Of a stretch of 64,000 nucleotides of DNA, positions 27,274 through 40,608 are shown piece by piece; position 1 is the stretch's first letter; the number at the start of each line of letters is the position of its first letter. Below the pieces are notes generated by a model. It was not told where the DNA came from. It made no database searches and worked only from the letters and a program-made list of their open reading frames with translations. The stretch comes from Somniosus microcephalus (lineage: Eukaryota). The stretch covers positions 30,814,001-30,878,000 of the forward strand of contig CM126229.1 of the NCBI GenBank assembly GCA_052327205.1, written 5' to 3'. The position numbers and the translations under genes were made by a program.

Positions 27274-30181
27274 ATCCACACATCTGCTGCTGGCTACACT
27301 CCTGTAGCCAAATTTAAACCCACTCAAATCCCGGATTAAAACTATCATAATACGCACTTATACCATGCTTATATAGATGGTGCTACCGGGTGCTCCAAGC
27401 ACCAGCCAGTCACTCCCAGTGAAGTGATCGTGCGGCCTGTGTTCTGCTCCAGTCAAAATTTAAAAAAAACGCTGCACCCCAAAATAAATAGTATTTGCAC
27501 TGGACAGGAAAAACAACAACAAAAATCTTTCAGCCACTGCCGAGATTCTTAAATATTTTATAATAACCTTTGCGAAGACGACCTTACCGCGGAGCAATCA
27601 GGATAAGGTTAATAAAATTAACAGATTAATAAATGTACTGAAGTACATCGCATTGTTACGGTCTTTAAAAAATAAATGTGGAAACATAAACCTGGCACCT
27701 CATAAACCCAGTCCACTTCAGATGTCTCAGACTGAGTGTGCAGTGGTGGCTAGTCACCCCAGTTTAACAAGTGGGCATTTCTCCTCCCAAACACTGGCCT
27801 TCACTGTAAAGTTGGCTCATTTAAAGTCAAGTGGTTACCACCTGTGCTCTAAAAACCAAAACAGAGATAATTAAAATTCAAGCTGATTTACTAATGATCA
27901 AATGAGCTGCTCATTTCTAACCTCCCCTTTGTTTCCTGGAGTGGTTGGCCCTGACTGGGGTACGGTTCCACTGAAGCAGTATTGGAGAATGAACACTCTT
28001 AATTACAGCCATTAAAAACAAAATTTTTAAAACACACATCCGACAAGAAATGAATTAAAGCACAGGCACGGACCGTGGGATTCACTGGACTTCAGTTATT
28101 GCCAGTACGCAAGATCTGTGCTTTACTTACTCTCTCGTGTTCCACAATTTACCTAACTCACATTCAACAGAGAAAATGGAGCGACTCTTTACAATGTTAG
28201 AACTATTCTGATGTCACAGCAGTTTCTTTGGCCCCAGTTCTTACAAAGATCATGTTAAAGAGAGCGGAGAAAAGAACTTAAAAATTCCTGTGCGTCAAAG
28301 CTTCTGTTGAACACGCACGATAGAGGAGGGTGGAGAAAGAAGGAATTAAAGGGGGGGCTCATTAATGGGTCACGCAAACCTTTCCACTATGATAAAGACC
28401 TTTTGAACCTGCTCCAGAATCAAAGCTCTCGGGAAAATACCGGGAAAGTGTCAGGACATCGAGGATACCGTTCGTAGCTCCTCAACTCTTCTGTGACCAC
28501 AGCGGGGTCACGGCAGCACAAGAAGAAAGTGCTCGCAGGCCAGTGGGTGTGTTTGCTTCAATTAGTCTTATGCTCATATCCCAATACACAAGATTAAAAT
28601 CGTGACCAGAAAAAAAAACACAGGAAGCACAATCCAAATGGTTTCAAGACTTAAACCACTGTTTCCCACTAATCACCTCCCAAATGATATAATCTAGGTG
28701 TAAGCAGGGGGAGGGAGAGCTCGGACCTTTACCAGCGATGCTCTTTTTATTCCATCATGTTAAACTTGATTCCAAACCATGCTAGGACAAGGTGCAGTAA
28801 AATTCATACAAATGACAAGATGATGTAAACCCACAGGCACAAGGGGGAAGTGATTCATACCCAGGATTCGGAGGTCATCAGTGGAACTATTTTCACCTAT
28901 CCCACCACTCCCAAGTCAGTAGTGTAATACATTAATATAAAAAGTAGAATTTTCAGCAGTCTTAATCCTGCCCCACGAACATGGACTACAGCACAAACCA
29001 GCCCTAATTTGGCACCGCCTGGTAATCTCAGGAGGTGGCATGGGTGCGAGAAATGGAAAAATGCCACAGTGGCGCAGCAAGGCGATGCTTCTCCGAGAGT
29101 GTGGCTGAGGCACGTTGTTGGGATGGTGCAGAGCGGACTTTACTCTGCAACTAGTCCATGCTATAATTGACCTTGGAGTGTTTGATGCTGACAATGGAAA
29201 GGGTTCCTTTCCCCAGCATGGGCTCCTTTCAATCCGGTGAGCACAAAAATTTATGCCAGAGAGTCAAATATATACCAGTTTTATGGAATGTTCACGGCCA
29301 CAGGTAATTTTTTTGTCTGAAGTCATGTAACATCAGCGCCACTTCTGGACTCACGGATAACTCAAAGATTGCATGCAGGATATAAAACAAGTTGTAGGTC
29401 ACGAAGGACCTTCTGATCTATTATGATCGTTAACTGTAGGCTATCCTCAATAGAGCTCACTCGATGGCACTAACCAATAAAACAACTAGAAAAAGGGAGC
29501 GGGGGGGGGGGGGCGCGGAGGAAAAGGGGACAGGAATAGCAGCATGCCCCTTGAATCAAAAGCCGTCTCCAGCTTGGTTCCAAATATACCCCAGGAATTG
29601 CTAACAAATAAAATCAACAAAAAAAATACCTACATACATACAGCAAAGCCTTTATCCGTTCTATCCCACAACCCGTATAATGTTTCTCTAAGGATCTTGC
29701 CAATCTCACTGCTCTGCCTGCAGATTTGGGGCATCCGTGCCACATGCCGTGCCAAACCAAAGAATGGTAAATGGAGTACCTAGTGAAAAACTGGATACTT
29801 CACCGGTGACAGCGAGTGGCATCAGTTATTTCAGGAACGCCGACAGATCCATAACTAGCAGCAAGCAAGTTATGGCAATCTTCTGCAGAAGTGAAAGAAC
29901 TCATTACGCGCCATCACTGGGGTGCTGAAGGGGAAGGGGGCTAAAATAACACCATAGAGTTTAATATCGGTAGACAAAGATGGTATTCAGTGAGGCCATC
30001 AGAAAGGATAACTGCAGTACAGGGGGTTCGACGTAGTCACCATTTTGGGCCACTTGGAATCACTGATTTGTTGGTCACATGTTACTTCAACGTTGCCATG
30101 GGCAACATGATCTCTGAAGTTATTATTCTTTCCGCTAAAGAAAATATTTCTAATATCCACAATGTGCACTGGCCGCCCGGC

Positions 30182-30450
30182 TCATCTGTGGTTGACATGG
30201 TTCTGGGGCTGCGGTGCACCACTGAGGAGAACATCCGTTAAGTCCCTCATCACGGCCGTTTCCTTGGGGTCGACGAGATTGAACTCCCTGACAAAGATCA
30301 GAAAGTGTGTGTACAAGGTATTGAGGTGTGGGTACAGTTCAAGGGCCACGACTTCCTTGAAGTGGGCACAGTAGATGTGAGCAAGAACGTGGAAGAGGTA
30401 GCGGCTGATCTTCTGAACGAGCGATTCAAAGGAACTCGGGAACTCTTTAC
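30182..30450 (-). CDS. MOB2: MOB2 terminal coding exon (GKEFPSSFESLVQKISRYLFHVLAHIYCAHFKE...QNHVNHR*)
   Basis: ttgccgacag|GT acceptor; TGA at 30184-30182; ORF 30182..30460. Confidence 0.95.
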
Positions 30451-31004
30451 CTGTCGGCAAAATGGGAGACCAGTCAACTTCACAAGGGCAACGGCTCTTC
30501 TACATATGCTTGGGCAGTCACAGGCACAGGCAAGCATGCGCACACAGACACAAAACAGATTAATGGTGGGTGGGTGAAGTTTTTGTCCCATATCCAATTG
30601 ATGCATGAGAAACAGAACAATTATAGAATTTGTCCTCCTTTCGATGGATGTGAAGTACAAAGAGAGGATTTTGAGCTGTTTAACACCATGGTAAATTTTG
30701 AAGGTTATAGGGCAGTCACCGATTCACCGTCCGCAGTCTGAGGCAGTGCAACAAATGATATTAAAGTGCATTGGCACCAATGCACTACATACATCTAGGT
30801 TCGTATAAATCACTACAATACTTGTTTGACAAGCAATCATTTTGGGAATGAAAACCAGAGAGTAAAAGTCAGTTTACAGCAGACGCATAAGCAGACCAGC
30901 TTCCTGTTTGCATACAAATGCCCTATTTGGTTTTGGACAGGGCAACGGTTCGCAAAAGCATCACACATGGGAATGCATTTTTTAAATTCATTCGAAAAAC
31001 TCAC

Positions 31005-31129
31005 CGTACTTGGTAGGGAAGATTTCCTCATCGGTCAGTAGTTTTTGGATGTGCGTCATCACTAGGTCAATATACTGTGGTGCAGTACACTTTATTTTCT
31101 TCCCTCGCTCATCTGTCCAGAAGTACTGA
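31005..31129 (-). CDS. MOB2: MOB2 exon 4 (QYFWTDERGKKIKCTAPQYIDLVMTHIQKLLTDEEIFPTKY)
   Basis: ttgttacag|T acceptor; TACG|gtgagt donor; 125 nt. Confidence 0.95.
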
Positions 31130-31289
31130 CTGTAACAAATTACAGGAGACAGGATGAGCAGAGCTCAATAACTGATCTGCGTGGCCGTTCTTCATGTGCC
31201 AGCCTGGATCAGTGAGCGTCTGTAGACTATTCAACTCTGAAGAGCATCACAGCGAGCCCAATGCTGCCCTGACATCAACTAAAGCATAT

Positions 31290-31520
31290 TTAGGAATATA
31301 GAAACAGGAGTCGGCCATTTGGCCCCTCGAGCCTGTTCCACCATCCTATTAGATCGCAGCTGATCTGTACCTCAACTCCATTTACCTTCATTTGTTCCAA
31401 ATCCCTTGATTCCCTTAGCTAATAAAAATCTACTGAACATTTCTATCGACCCAGCCTCCATAGCCTTTTGGGGGAAGCGATTCCAACTCCTAAATGGCTG
31501 ATCTCTAATCTTAAGGTACA
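31290..31520 (-). mobile_element. CR1-type LINE 3' fragment
   Basis: ggccattYggcccctcgagcctg tail motif, also at 16300, 20710, 42340 and 63430. Confidence 0.65.
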
Positions 31521-32657
31521 ATCCAGTGACTCCTGCTGGGTAGTTATCAGAAATGGCAACTGTGGCTAATTCATCCCTTTCAAGCCCAGCAACACGGAGG
31601 CCAAATGTAGTGCCCGCACCACTGCCCATTGCGATCAATAGACCATGTATCAAACGGGGGACCTATCGGGGCTTATGTTGCACGGTGCCGCATGGTGCTT
31701 TTAGTCCCTAAGCCACTGGGGGAGCTCCACGTGGTATTCTGTCAGGTAAGTGGGTTGCAGGCGCAGCGCTCAGAATTTAAACGGCCATTAGCAATCGGAT
31801 AGGTGGAAAAAACACCAAAGTGTGCTACACTGACTATATTACTAGCCGGGTTAACGTAACAATAATTATTATACTTGCAGGAGTGTTGCATCATCATCAT
31901 CAGGCAATAATTGCAAAACTGTAGTTTGCTGTGGTGGGAGAATGCTCCGTGTATATATGTCAATGATTTTTTTTTAAAATCAGCTTTAGAATGTACTTTT
32001 GGGCTGCTTTGATTTGCTGGTTGGACAGCAACCCACTGCCCGAGACAGGGACAGATTGCCTGCCACATCACTGGAGAAGATGGAATGATGGGGCTTTTTT
32101 TGGTTGTTACGGAGATGATGTTCATTCTTTTTAAGGTATTTTCTCTCCCTTCACCTTACTTGGATCTCCCTGCACTAACTCGAGCCAAAAAAGGCAGGTG
32201 GGTTGGCCCCCCCAGGCTGCTCTGTAATGCCACCAGCCTCAACAGTAAAATCCAAGGAACTGGGTGCTGTTCTCCGAGCATTTCCTTTTCACCTCTGGGA
32301 CCTGGGTTTTCATCCAGCCCAGACCAAATGGAACAAGGATCTCCGCTCTGCAAGCTGCAAGTGAAATGAGTTGGGCAGTCTCAACCTTATCAACTGGCTT
32401 TCCCTTCAATTCTCCTGCTCTATCTGTAGGAATGGGCCTGAGCTCCACATTTCTTCTTCTTGCACTCTGTGGAGCTGTGCGTTGATGCTGTGAGCATCTA
32501 TGCAATGACTTCATCTGCAATTCTAGCTGCTAATTACTCCTTAAATGTAACACATCAGTGAATTATATCTCTGTAGGGAGTAGTTCCACTTAAAGTAAAC
32601 TTAAGTACACAATTAAATATGTTTCACACAACTCTTTAGCAAGTGAAAAGTACTTAC

Positions 32658-32751
32658 GTATTACACGCATTCATCACTGGACAGGTCTCTGCTGTGCAGA
32701 ACTCTGAGATCGTGCTGTACTGCAGGTTTATGTGGTTGAAGAATGTCATTG
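32658..32751 (-). CDS. MOB2: MOB2 exon 3 (TMTFFNHINLQYSTISEFCTAETCPVMNACNT)
   Basis: ttttgatag|CA acceptor; AC|gtaagt donor; 94 nt. Confidence 0.95.
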
Positions 32752-34334
32752 CTATCAAAACAAAAATAATTAGGAACAACGTGTGAGGCAGAATGTTACA
32801 ATCAAAATTAATTCCTGTAATAACAATGCTCTACTCTATTTTCTTCCTCTCAATGACAGCTCCCATATCAGGAAAATAGCACTAACATCTACTGATATAT
32901 TGACCAAGAGCTGGAAAGTGGGATTAGGATGGACAGCTCTTTTTCCGCCAGCACAGACATGATGGGACGAATGGCTTCTTTCTGTGCTATAAATTTCTAT
33001 GTTTCTATGACTACAGAGAATAATAATGGATACCCGAGAGTTACTTACACACTAGAATCTAATCAAGAAATTCTGATGGTTTTTAAGATTTCTTATTTGT
33101 CCACATGCCACACATTATTCTACGTCAGCGAGTAATCTGCTCCAAGGGCTCTGCCCAGGAACTCAGTGTCTGACAGGCCAGTTTTGGATGCCTCACCCCT
33201 CTGTTTTCTCTTCCACCTTGTAGGGAAGTATCTTGCCTCCATTTACTAGCTCCCCCTTCCCAACAGCTTACCTGCAATAAAAAAAACTTACCTCATATAA
33301 AACTAGTCAGAAAGCCTGATCCCTCCTCTCCAGGGGATAGGTCTCCTGGACAGCCTGATCTCATCAGCTTTTGTCAGTATTTCAATTTTTTAAAAATGAT
33401 TTCCTCGTGCCCCCCAAAAACAAAATCCTTCTCAAGGTGCTGGGTCTTATTGGAATATGGTTCATGGGCATCAGCACCCCTCAGTACCTCATCCAATGCG
33501 TGAGCCTAAAGCACCTGCAGGCTATTCAACTGTGGTGGAAATCACAGCCAACCCGGATATCATCCTCTCCCAAAGTCCAGCAGGGATCACTGGATAGCTG
33601 AATTTTCCTCTTCCTAATGCAAAGGTGTGGAGGCCAACTGTTGGTAAACCTACCATTGACCAGGCTGACATCAGCTAACTTTGCACAAGCTGGGAATCAG
33701 ACCTGCAGCTCCTGGTCTGAATGGCTCAGTACCACACCGTGCAGTGTATTTATACCCTGTAAGCCATCCAAGGAGCACAAGGTTAATTGTTATGCATTAA
33801 TATTTTTCCAGTCTGTGTAAAGGTGCTCAAGAGTCCAAAGAGAGATTTACGATCCTGCTGACAACTCGGCCAATGCAGTCTACAGAATCTACTGGAAATT
33901 AATTTGAATTATTGTGTTGCAATCAAGAAAGAAGCATAACAAGTCTTTAATGAATGAGAGTGTTCACGATGGTACAAAGCAACAGAATGGGAAATCAATA
34001 CTGTACTTTAATGGCTTCACTGCCTGAAGGAGGAAGCCGGAGAGTTTCCAGTTCAGTTCTTGATTAGTGCCCCATCATTGACGAAAGAATGCATTACCAG
34101 TCCAGATTACACAAGAAACAGGTTATATGTTTACCGAGCCCTCCAGAGACTCACAGTCAAGGCCGCTGATTTGTGGTTTAAACAAAAAAAAAAGTGCAAC
34201 CGTAGAATGTGATGCCCAAAACACCTGCAACACCCCCTATAATCAGATTAACAAAAACAAGATATGCCTCATTCAGTCACCATAAACCAGCGCCCTGCTC
34301 ACCACAAGTGTGCACAGGCTACAAATGAGAAAGG

Positions 34335-34870
34335 AAAGAAAGAAATAACAGAAAACGCTGGAGAAAACTCAGCAGGCCAGGCAGCATCCGTGGAGAGAGA
34401 AACAGAGTTAACGTTTCAGGTCTGGGACCCTTCGTCAGAACTGGAAAAAAGCAGGAATGGGAATAGATTTTAAAGCAAGTTGGGGGCTGTGAAAAGGGGG
34501 AGGGGATGAAAGAACAACAGGGAAGGTCAGCAACAGGATAGAAAGCAGGAGAGATTAAGAGACATTGAGAGACATTGAAGGCCAGAGGAGGTGGTAATGG
34601 GACAGGTTAAGGGACAAAGGATGGCTCGAGATGAAGTGTGAATGGCCCTGGCAGAGTGAAGGACAGCTGCCCTGTGGGAGGGAAGAGAAAAGGCCAAACA
34701 AAAGTGTGGATTAAAACAAAATCTAATATCTAGGGGCCGAGGTTAGGATCTGCAATTGTTGAACACTTTGTTGAGTCCAGAGGGCTGTAGAGTGCCTACT
34801 CGAAAGAGGAGGTGCTGTTCCTCGAACATGCCCAGAGAAAGAAAGATATTGCTTGTGAGAAAGAAAACAG
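34335..34870 (-). mobile_element. Penelope-like element fragment (GIY-YIG end plus terminal repeat)
   Basis: Minus-strand EEQHLLFRVGTLQPSGLNKVFN; terminal repeat with hammerhead-like core at 34406-34442. Confidence 0.72.
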
Positions 34871-35249
34871 AGGAAGTGAAGGGAAAAATAAAAAAAGAGA
34901 AGTCTGTAAACGCAGCATGCCATTGAGCATCTGAAATAGAAAAGACAGGTTGTGTTTGATGGCCATCTCCCATCAGCTGAAGGCTGTACTTCCAAAACAT
35001 GAACTTACCTTTTTCCTTTCTGATGCTGACAGCCATGCTGTATATTGCAAGCATTTCGGTTTGAATTTTTTGATTTCTATCACTGTATTTCATTTCATCA
35101 TCATGACAAAGAGACCCATAAGAAGTATGGAAGAACAACTTGCTGGGATGTCACTTTCTCAGTGATTAATGCCCGTGATGTTTTGGTACACGGCACAAAT
35201 AGCTGGCGTACTTTTGCAGGGTAAAAAGTGGATTAAAAGTACTTTACAA

Positions 35250-35690
35250 CAAATGTTGAACTCGATGTTGAGTCCGGAAGGCTGTAAAGTGCCTAATCGA
35301 AAGATGAGGTGCTGTTCCTCGCGCTTACAGTGAGCTTCATTGGAACAATGTAATAGGCTGAGGACAGAGAGATCAGAGTGGGAGTGAAGCGGAGAATTAA
35401 AGTGGCAGGCGACCGGAAGCTCAGGGTCACCATTACGGACTGAACGGAGGTGTTCCGCAAAGCAAAAAGGTGTCCCTCCTAAACCCCGCCCCCCCCCCAC
35501 CCCCGTCTCTGCACCTGTTTAATAGCTGTTACATTTCCAGCTTTTTCCAGTTCTGATGAAGGGTCCCAGACCTGAAACGTTAACTCTGTTTCTCTCTCCA
35601 CGGATGCTGCCTGGCCTGCTGAGTATTTCCAGCATTTTCTGTTGTTATTTCAGATTTCCAGCATCCGCAGTATTTTGCTATTACATTTCA
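35250..35690 (-). mobile_element. Penelope-like element fragment with inverted terminal repeat
   Basis: Minus-strand FAEHLRSVRNGDPELPVACHFNS...EEQHLIFRLGTLQPSGLNIEF (GIY-YIG endonuclease C-terminal part); plus-strand terminal repeat at 35470-35690. Confidence 0.78.
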
Positions 35691-36491
35691 GCAAGGCCCT
35701 ATTGCCTAGTTCAAGTGGGCATTAAAAATCTCATGGCAGTGTTCAAAGAACAGCAGAGAGTGCCCTGGATAACAGTCCTCCCTCAACCAGCAGCACTAAA
35801 ACAAAGTAAACGGTTACTCATTTCTTTGCTGTTTGTGGGATCTTGCTATGTACAAAATGTTTGCTACAGTTGCCCATATTACTGAGACTTTAAAATGAGT
35901 AATTGTAGTTGGAAAGTAATTTACTGTATGCAAAGCCCTTTGGACATTTTAGAGAGATGTGAAAAGTCTCTCCAAGAGTTTTATTGTACAAATATTGATA
36001 AATGATTTCGGTCTCATCCCCTCCCCATCAGAAGCTTCCTCGTCTCTCTTTATTTTACCAAATACTATCAGTAATTCTTCCAACCTTCTTGCACCCCTAA
36101 GCTACAAATACATCACCAAGTGAGATTGTTAAATAGTACTGAATGTAATGTTTAATCTATACATTTTTCCCCCTCTCTCCTTTAGAGCTTTCTATACCAA
36201 GCGCCATTTCCTGGACAACAGGAGGAGAACCAACTGACATTCCCCCAGGCCTTTGCAAATGGCCTTCCTCAGAGGGCCGCTGGGGTATATGGAAGAGCAG
36301 CTTACAAGATGACTGGCTCACCAATTCCACCCCCCACCTCCCCCATGGGAAGTGGCTAGCCTTTGCCTGGACACACCTAGGAACTCATTGTATGGAAAAT
36401 TGGAGGAGAGTAAACTCCACAGCACCAATTCACGGCGCCACCACACCATTCCCCTGCCGCTAACCTTTAGCTTACTGTTACGTTTACTCAC

Positions 36492-36655
36492 TGTTATTGG
36501 CCAACCATTCATTCTGGTCGATTTCACTGGGCAAGGTCACAAGCATGGGGAAATCCGCATCAGACACTCGAGCCGAGGTGTACTCTGCATCTAGATACAA
36601 TTTCTTCTCCTCAGTCGAAGGCAGTTTATCATCTGGCTTTGATTTTGCAGTCTTC
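36492..36655 (-). CDS. MOB2: MOB2 shared exon 2 (KTAKSKPDDK...LPSEIDQNEWLANN)
   Basis: (TC)n tract plus ctcag|G acceptor; AACA|gtgagt donor; 164 nt. Confidence 0.93.
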
Positions 36656-37394
36656 CTGAGAGAGAGAGAGAAAGAGAGAGAGAAAGAGAAAAAGAAAAAC
36701 TATAAATAAAATCAGAAACAGGTTGCAAGTTTTGTAGCATAAAACATGCTCCTTTTAATTGTAGGTACAAGTCAGGGGTGTTCTCTGTTATTCTAGTCTG
36801 CCACCATTAGTACATTCACTCAGTTTAATATCAAACTACTGCACATGAGCAGTAAAGAGAGCACAACCTCATTAATAGTGTATATAAGCAGCCACCAGCA
36901 GTAGTTTGAGAGTTTTCAGGTCAGGTAAGTATTGCGTCCAACAGGACTTCAATCCATTTTCTATTTATACCGTGACATAATATAAAGCCAAAGTCCATCA
37001 AACATTTGGAACACTCTTCCCATACCCGCAGAGGCTCCAACATCTCTCTCTCACGCCTCGACAGGATACAAGAAAAATACTGACCTCTCTGGTCACCGCC
37101 CCCCCCCCCCCCAACAAAACATCTTCCGCCCTTCCTTATCGCTTCAAAACAATTGATCTATGCTCGTCGGACTATATTCCCATGTTCCTCCCAAGCTGCA
37201 TAATGAACCATCTTAAACATTTTCCCTCCCCTCGGCGTGTTAAGATCAAGACTTGTCACTACATCTCTTACTCTAACTCGTTCTTTCTCAGCTTCTTAAA
37301 AGTGTGGAACTGCCTCCCTCGGTCTTTCCAATTTCCTACAATCTACTGGCTTTTAAAGCCCAATCATGACATCCCATAAACCATCACTGAATGC

Positions 37395-37491
37395 TTTAAT
37401 AAAAACAGAAAATGCTGGAAACACTCAGCAGGTCAGGCAGCATCTGTGGAGAGAGAAACAGGGTTAACGTTTCAGGTCGATGACCTTTCGT
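37395..37491 (-). mobile_element. Short Penelope-like terminal repeat insertion flanked by direct repeats
   Basis: CTGAATGC at 37387-37394 and 37492-37499. Confidence 0.65.
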
Positions 37492-37787
37492 CTGAATGCA
37501 TTACTATATTTTACTCCTTTGAATTTTGCTGGTGTCCAATTCTATAGGTCTCACCCTTCACTTTGGAGTCTCAATAACAAAAGACTTGATTTTTTTCCCC
37601 CAAAATGGTTTACAAAGCTGGTGTACCATATGATTTCTCCTGTCGCCACACAGCATACTTATCTACAAACTCGGTCATAGCCACAGTATCTCTCATTAGA
37701 TGATGCACCTCTCTTCCATTTTTATTTTAATTTACTTGAATCTCACCGTTCCCCGTCCAAGTCCACCTACCTCCCGTCACTAACTGT

Positions 37788-38043
37788 TAGGGTTGCCAAC
37801 GTTCCAGGATTGCCCTGGAGTGTCCAGGAATTAAAGAAAATCTTTGGTTATTAGTATAATAAAAATATTTGAGATGGGGGAAAAAGGCCATTGGATTGAC
37901 GGTCAAAAGTCAACCAATCAGGTAATGACAAACCTATGGGCGTGTGGGGCGACCAATGGTAGGAGTGTGGGCGGGGCAGTTGGAGGTGGTAGGTCATGTG
38001 ATGACACTTCCAGGAACATGTCCAACCAGAGTTGGCAACTCTA
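37788..38043. mobile_element. hAT-like MITE
   Basis: Terminal repeats TAGGGTTGCCAAC and GTTGGCAACTCTA; degenerate 8-bp flanks CTAACTGT and CCAGCTGC. Confidence 0.72.
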
Positions 38044-39339
38044 CCAGCTGCTGCCTTGCCCAGTTCCCTTTTGTAGCCACTTTCCTACTGCCCTCCTATG
38101 ATTCTTACAATTCTCTCTATCATGGTCTGTGCCTCCTCACCCAGCTCGCCTTTGTAATAATGCGCTCCTGACGTGAGGAGATTACACATAAACAGAACCA
38201 AACTTTCCATGCAGCCTAAATGACCCACATCAGACACGTTACACCGCACGGCATTCCAACTCCCAAAAAAAAACAAACACAGAAGGAGAAAACATCAAAT
38301 TCTGAAAACAATGCATTTTTTTTAACACAAGAATATAATATAAATAAGTAATCATCTGAAAACAATGTGGTTGAAACTGAGAGTTCAGTATTTGAAGCCA
38401 CGCCACAGTTTTCCATGGCACCATGTACTGGTGCTCCTATATGCAGCAGCACAAAAAATGCATTTTAAAGAAAAGCCGATTCTGGTTGTTTCTGCTCACT
38501 TCAGTGCACAAGGTCATTACAGCAGCACATGCGGAAGTCTTGCCCACTTTACCACTCGGGAAATAACTTGTGTCGCACGAGTTTGTGGTGGGGTCGGGAG
38601 CAGAGGCAAATCAAAAGCAAAGGTTACAATGCTTTAACACATTAGAATCTAGTTAAGAGTCTTGTGTCAGATGCAAATCGTGTAACACATTTCCACCTCA
38701 TAGGCTTAAATGCAATATTCATAAAACAGCAACAAATGACACCCAAACAGGTAGGGATATCATCAATAAACGAGTAACCAAGTAGTTACGAAATCCACAA
38801 TTAAGCATCAGTCAGTAAATAGCTACCAATAAAGCAATTAGCAGGGGGAAGAGCGAAACAATGGAATCTCTTAAAAAAAATTCAAAATCGCTTCAGCCGC
38901 CATCTTGATTTGTCAGTATCCCAAGGATATGTTGTACTAAAAATAACACGCATAAAAGTTACGTCATTATTATTAGGCTAACACTATCAGCTCTCAGCTA
39001 CCCTGAATGAAGAGGCTCATCTAAGTAGCAGACTTCAACTCCTAGAATTCACTCACATCACCCTGCAAGTACCTTGTGGTTTCCAACTCCCAGAGTGCAC
39101 CCATGACTGCTCTTCCTCAGAGTCCAATGACCATCAACACATTGTAGAGCTGTGGGGCAGGGGAGCCGCACGCAGAACATACTAGGATTCTTTTTTAAAT
39201 CTAGCAGGGTTGCACATTCACAGAATGTACCGGGACTTGCTGTTTGTAAGCCCTGTATTTACCCCACTGCCAATCCAGTGATGGAGAAAGACTGACAGAA
39301 CTTAAACCCAGGGAAACAATTATGAGTTTGAAATCAAGA

Positions 39340-39770
39340 TGACTGACAGCATCCAGGACAAAGCGGTCTACTTGATTGGTACCCAATCCACCATCTTAAA
39401 AATCCACTTCCTCCACCACCGGCGTACCATGCTACAGTGTGTACTACAGCAAGTCACCAAGGCTTCTTCAACAGTACCGACCAGATCGCCACTATCTGGA
39501 GGGACATGGGCAGCAAGTGCAAGGGATACCATAACCTAAAGTTCCCCTCCAAGTCACACACTATCCTGACTTGGAAATATATCGCCATTCCTTTGTCACT
39601 GGGTCAAAATCCTGGAACTCCCTACCCAACAGCACAGTGGTAGCACCTTCACCTCACGGACTGCAACGGTTCAAGAAGGCGACTCACCACCACCTTCGCA
39701 AGGGAAACTAGTGATGGGCAATAGACGCTGGCTATGCCAGCGATGCCCATATCCCGAGATTGATTTTTTT
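39340..39770 (+). mobile_element. Non-LTR retrotransposon 3' fragment
   Basis: tcctggaactccctacc...ttcaagaaggcgactcaccaccacctt resembles a LINE ORF2 end; family not assigned. Confidence 0.55.
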
Positions 39771-40608
39771 TAAACGTCTGACAAGTAACTAGCTATACAC
39801 AATGGTTTAAAATAAATAATAATGGAAACAGATGACGTTATACAGAACTGACCACCAGCCTGGGCTCCAGCATCACCAGCCTCAGCCCTAGGACTTTGCT
39901 GCTCCCTGCTCCAAGAGAATAGGAAACCAAACCCATTTCATCAATTTCAACTGTGGTCTCGTGTGCTGCTCCATCCATACTTCAACTCGCGCTTTGCCCG
40001 ACTGTTGTGATTCCTAGCCCAGTGTTGCACTTCTCACCTGGCTGCTCAGCCCCCTATGCTCCATTTCCCATCCAACTGCATCGTTTCCTGATCTGTAACC
40101 CCGACTACTTGTGAGCAACACCACAGGAGATCTGGTCAGTTTTTTTTTATAAAGTGAGGCAGCAATTAAAATGTGATGACTAGGTTTGACGACTTGGACT
40201 GTTCGGAGCCATTCCTATTATCTCTCCGCTCCCGAATGACAAATCCCTTTAATTGTCAGTTATTGCTATTTCCTGTGCTGTCATCTTCTCTGGAAGCACA
40301 CTGATGTCATTGCGAGAAAACAACTCGCTTTTGAGAATAGAATGCTAAATTGATTTAAAAAGAGAGGAGGAAAAAGAAAAAACAGGAAAGAGAAAAAAGG
40401 AGGAACGAGAGGAGATTAAAAAAGGACAAAAGAGAAAAAAAAGGAAAAGAGAGCGAACAAGTGCATGCGAGCACAAGCAAGAGTAAAGAAAGAAAATGAG
40501 AGATACCTTGAAAAGGTTGTTTTCAGCTCAATAACACGGAGTTTGCCGAATTCCTTGGGGCTGTTGCTGCCGTACGAGTTCAGACTTGCTGCATTCCACG
40601 ATTAATCA

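Noticed and set aside
40507-40600. Possible third MOB2 first exon (phase-2 donor CAAG|gtatct, frame ..KLRVIELKTTFSR)
   Set aside because: No in-frame ATG after the upstream TAA, no good acceptor and a weak donor.
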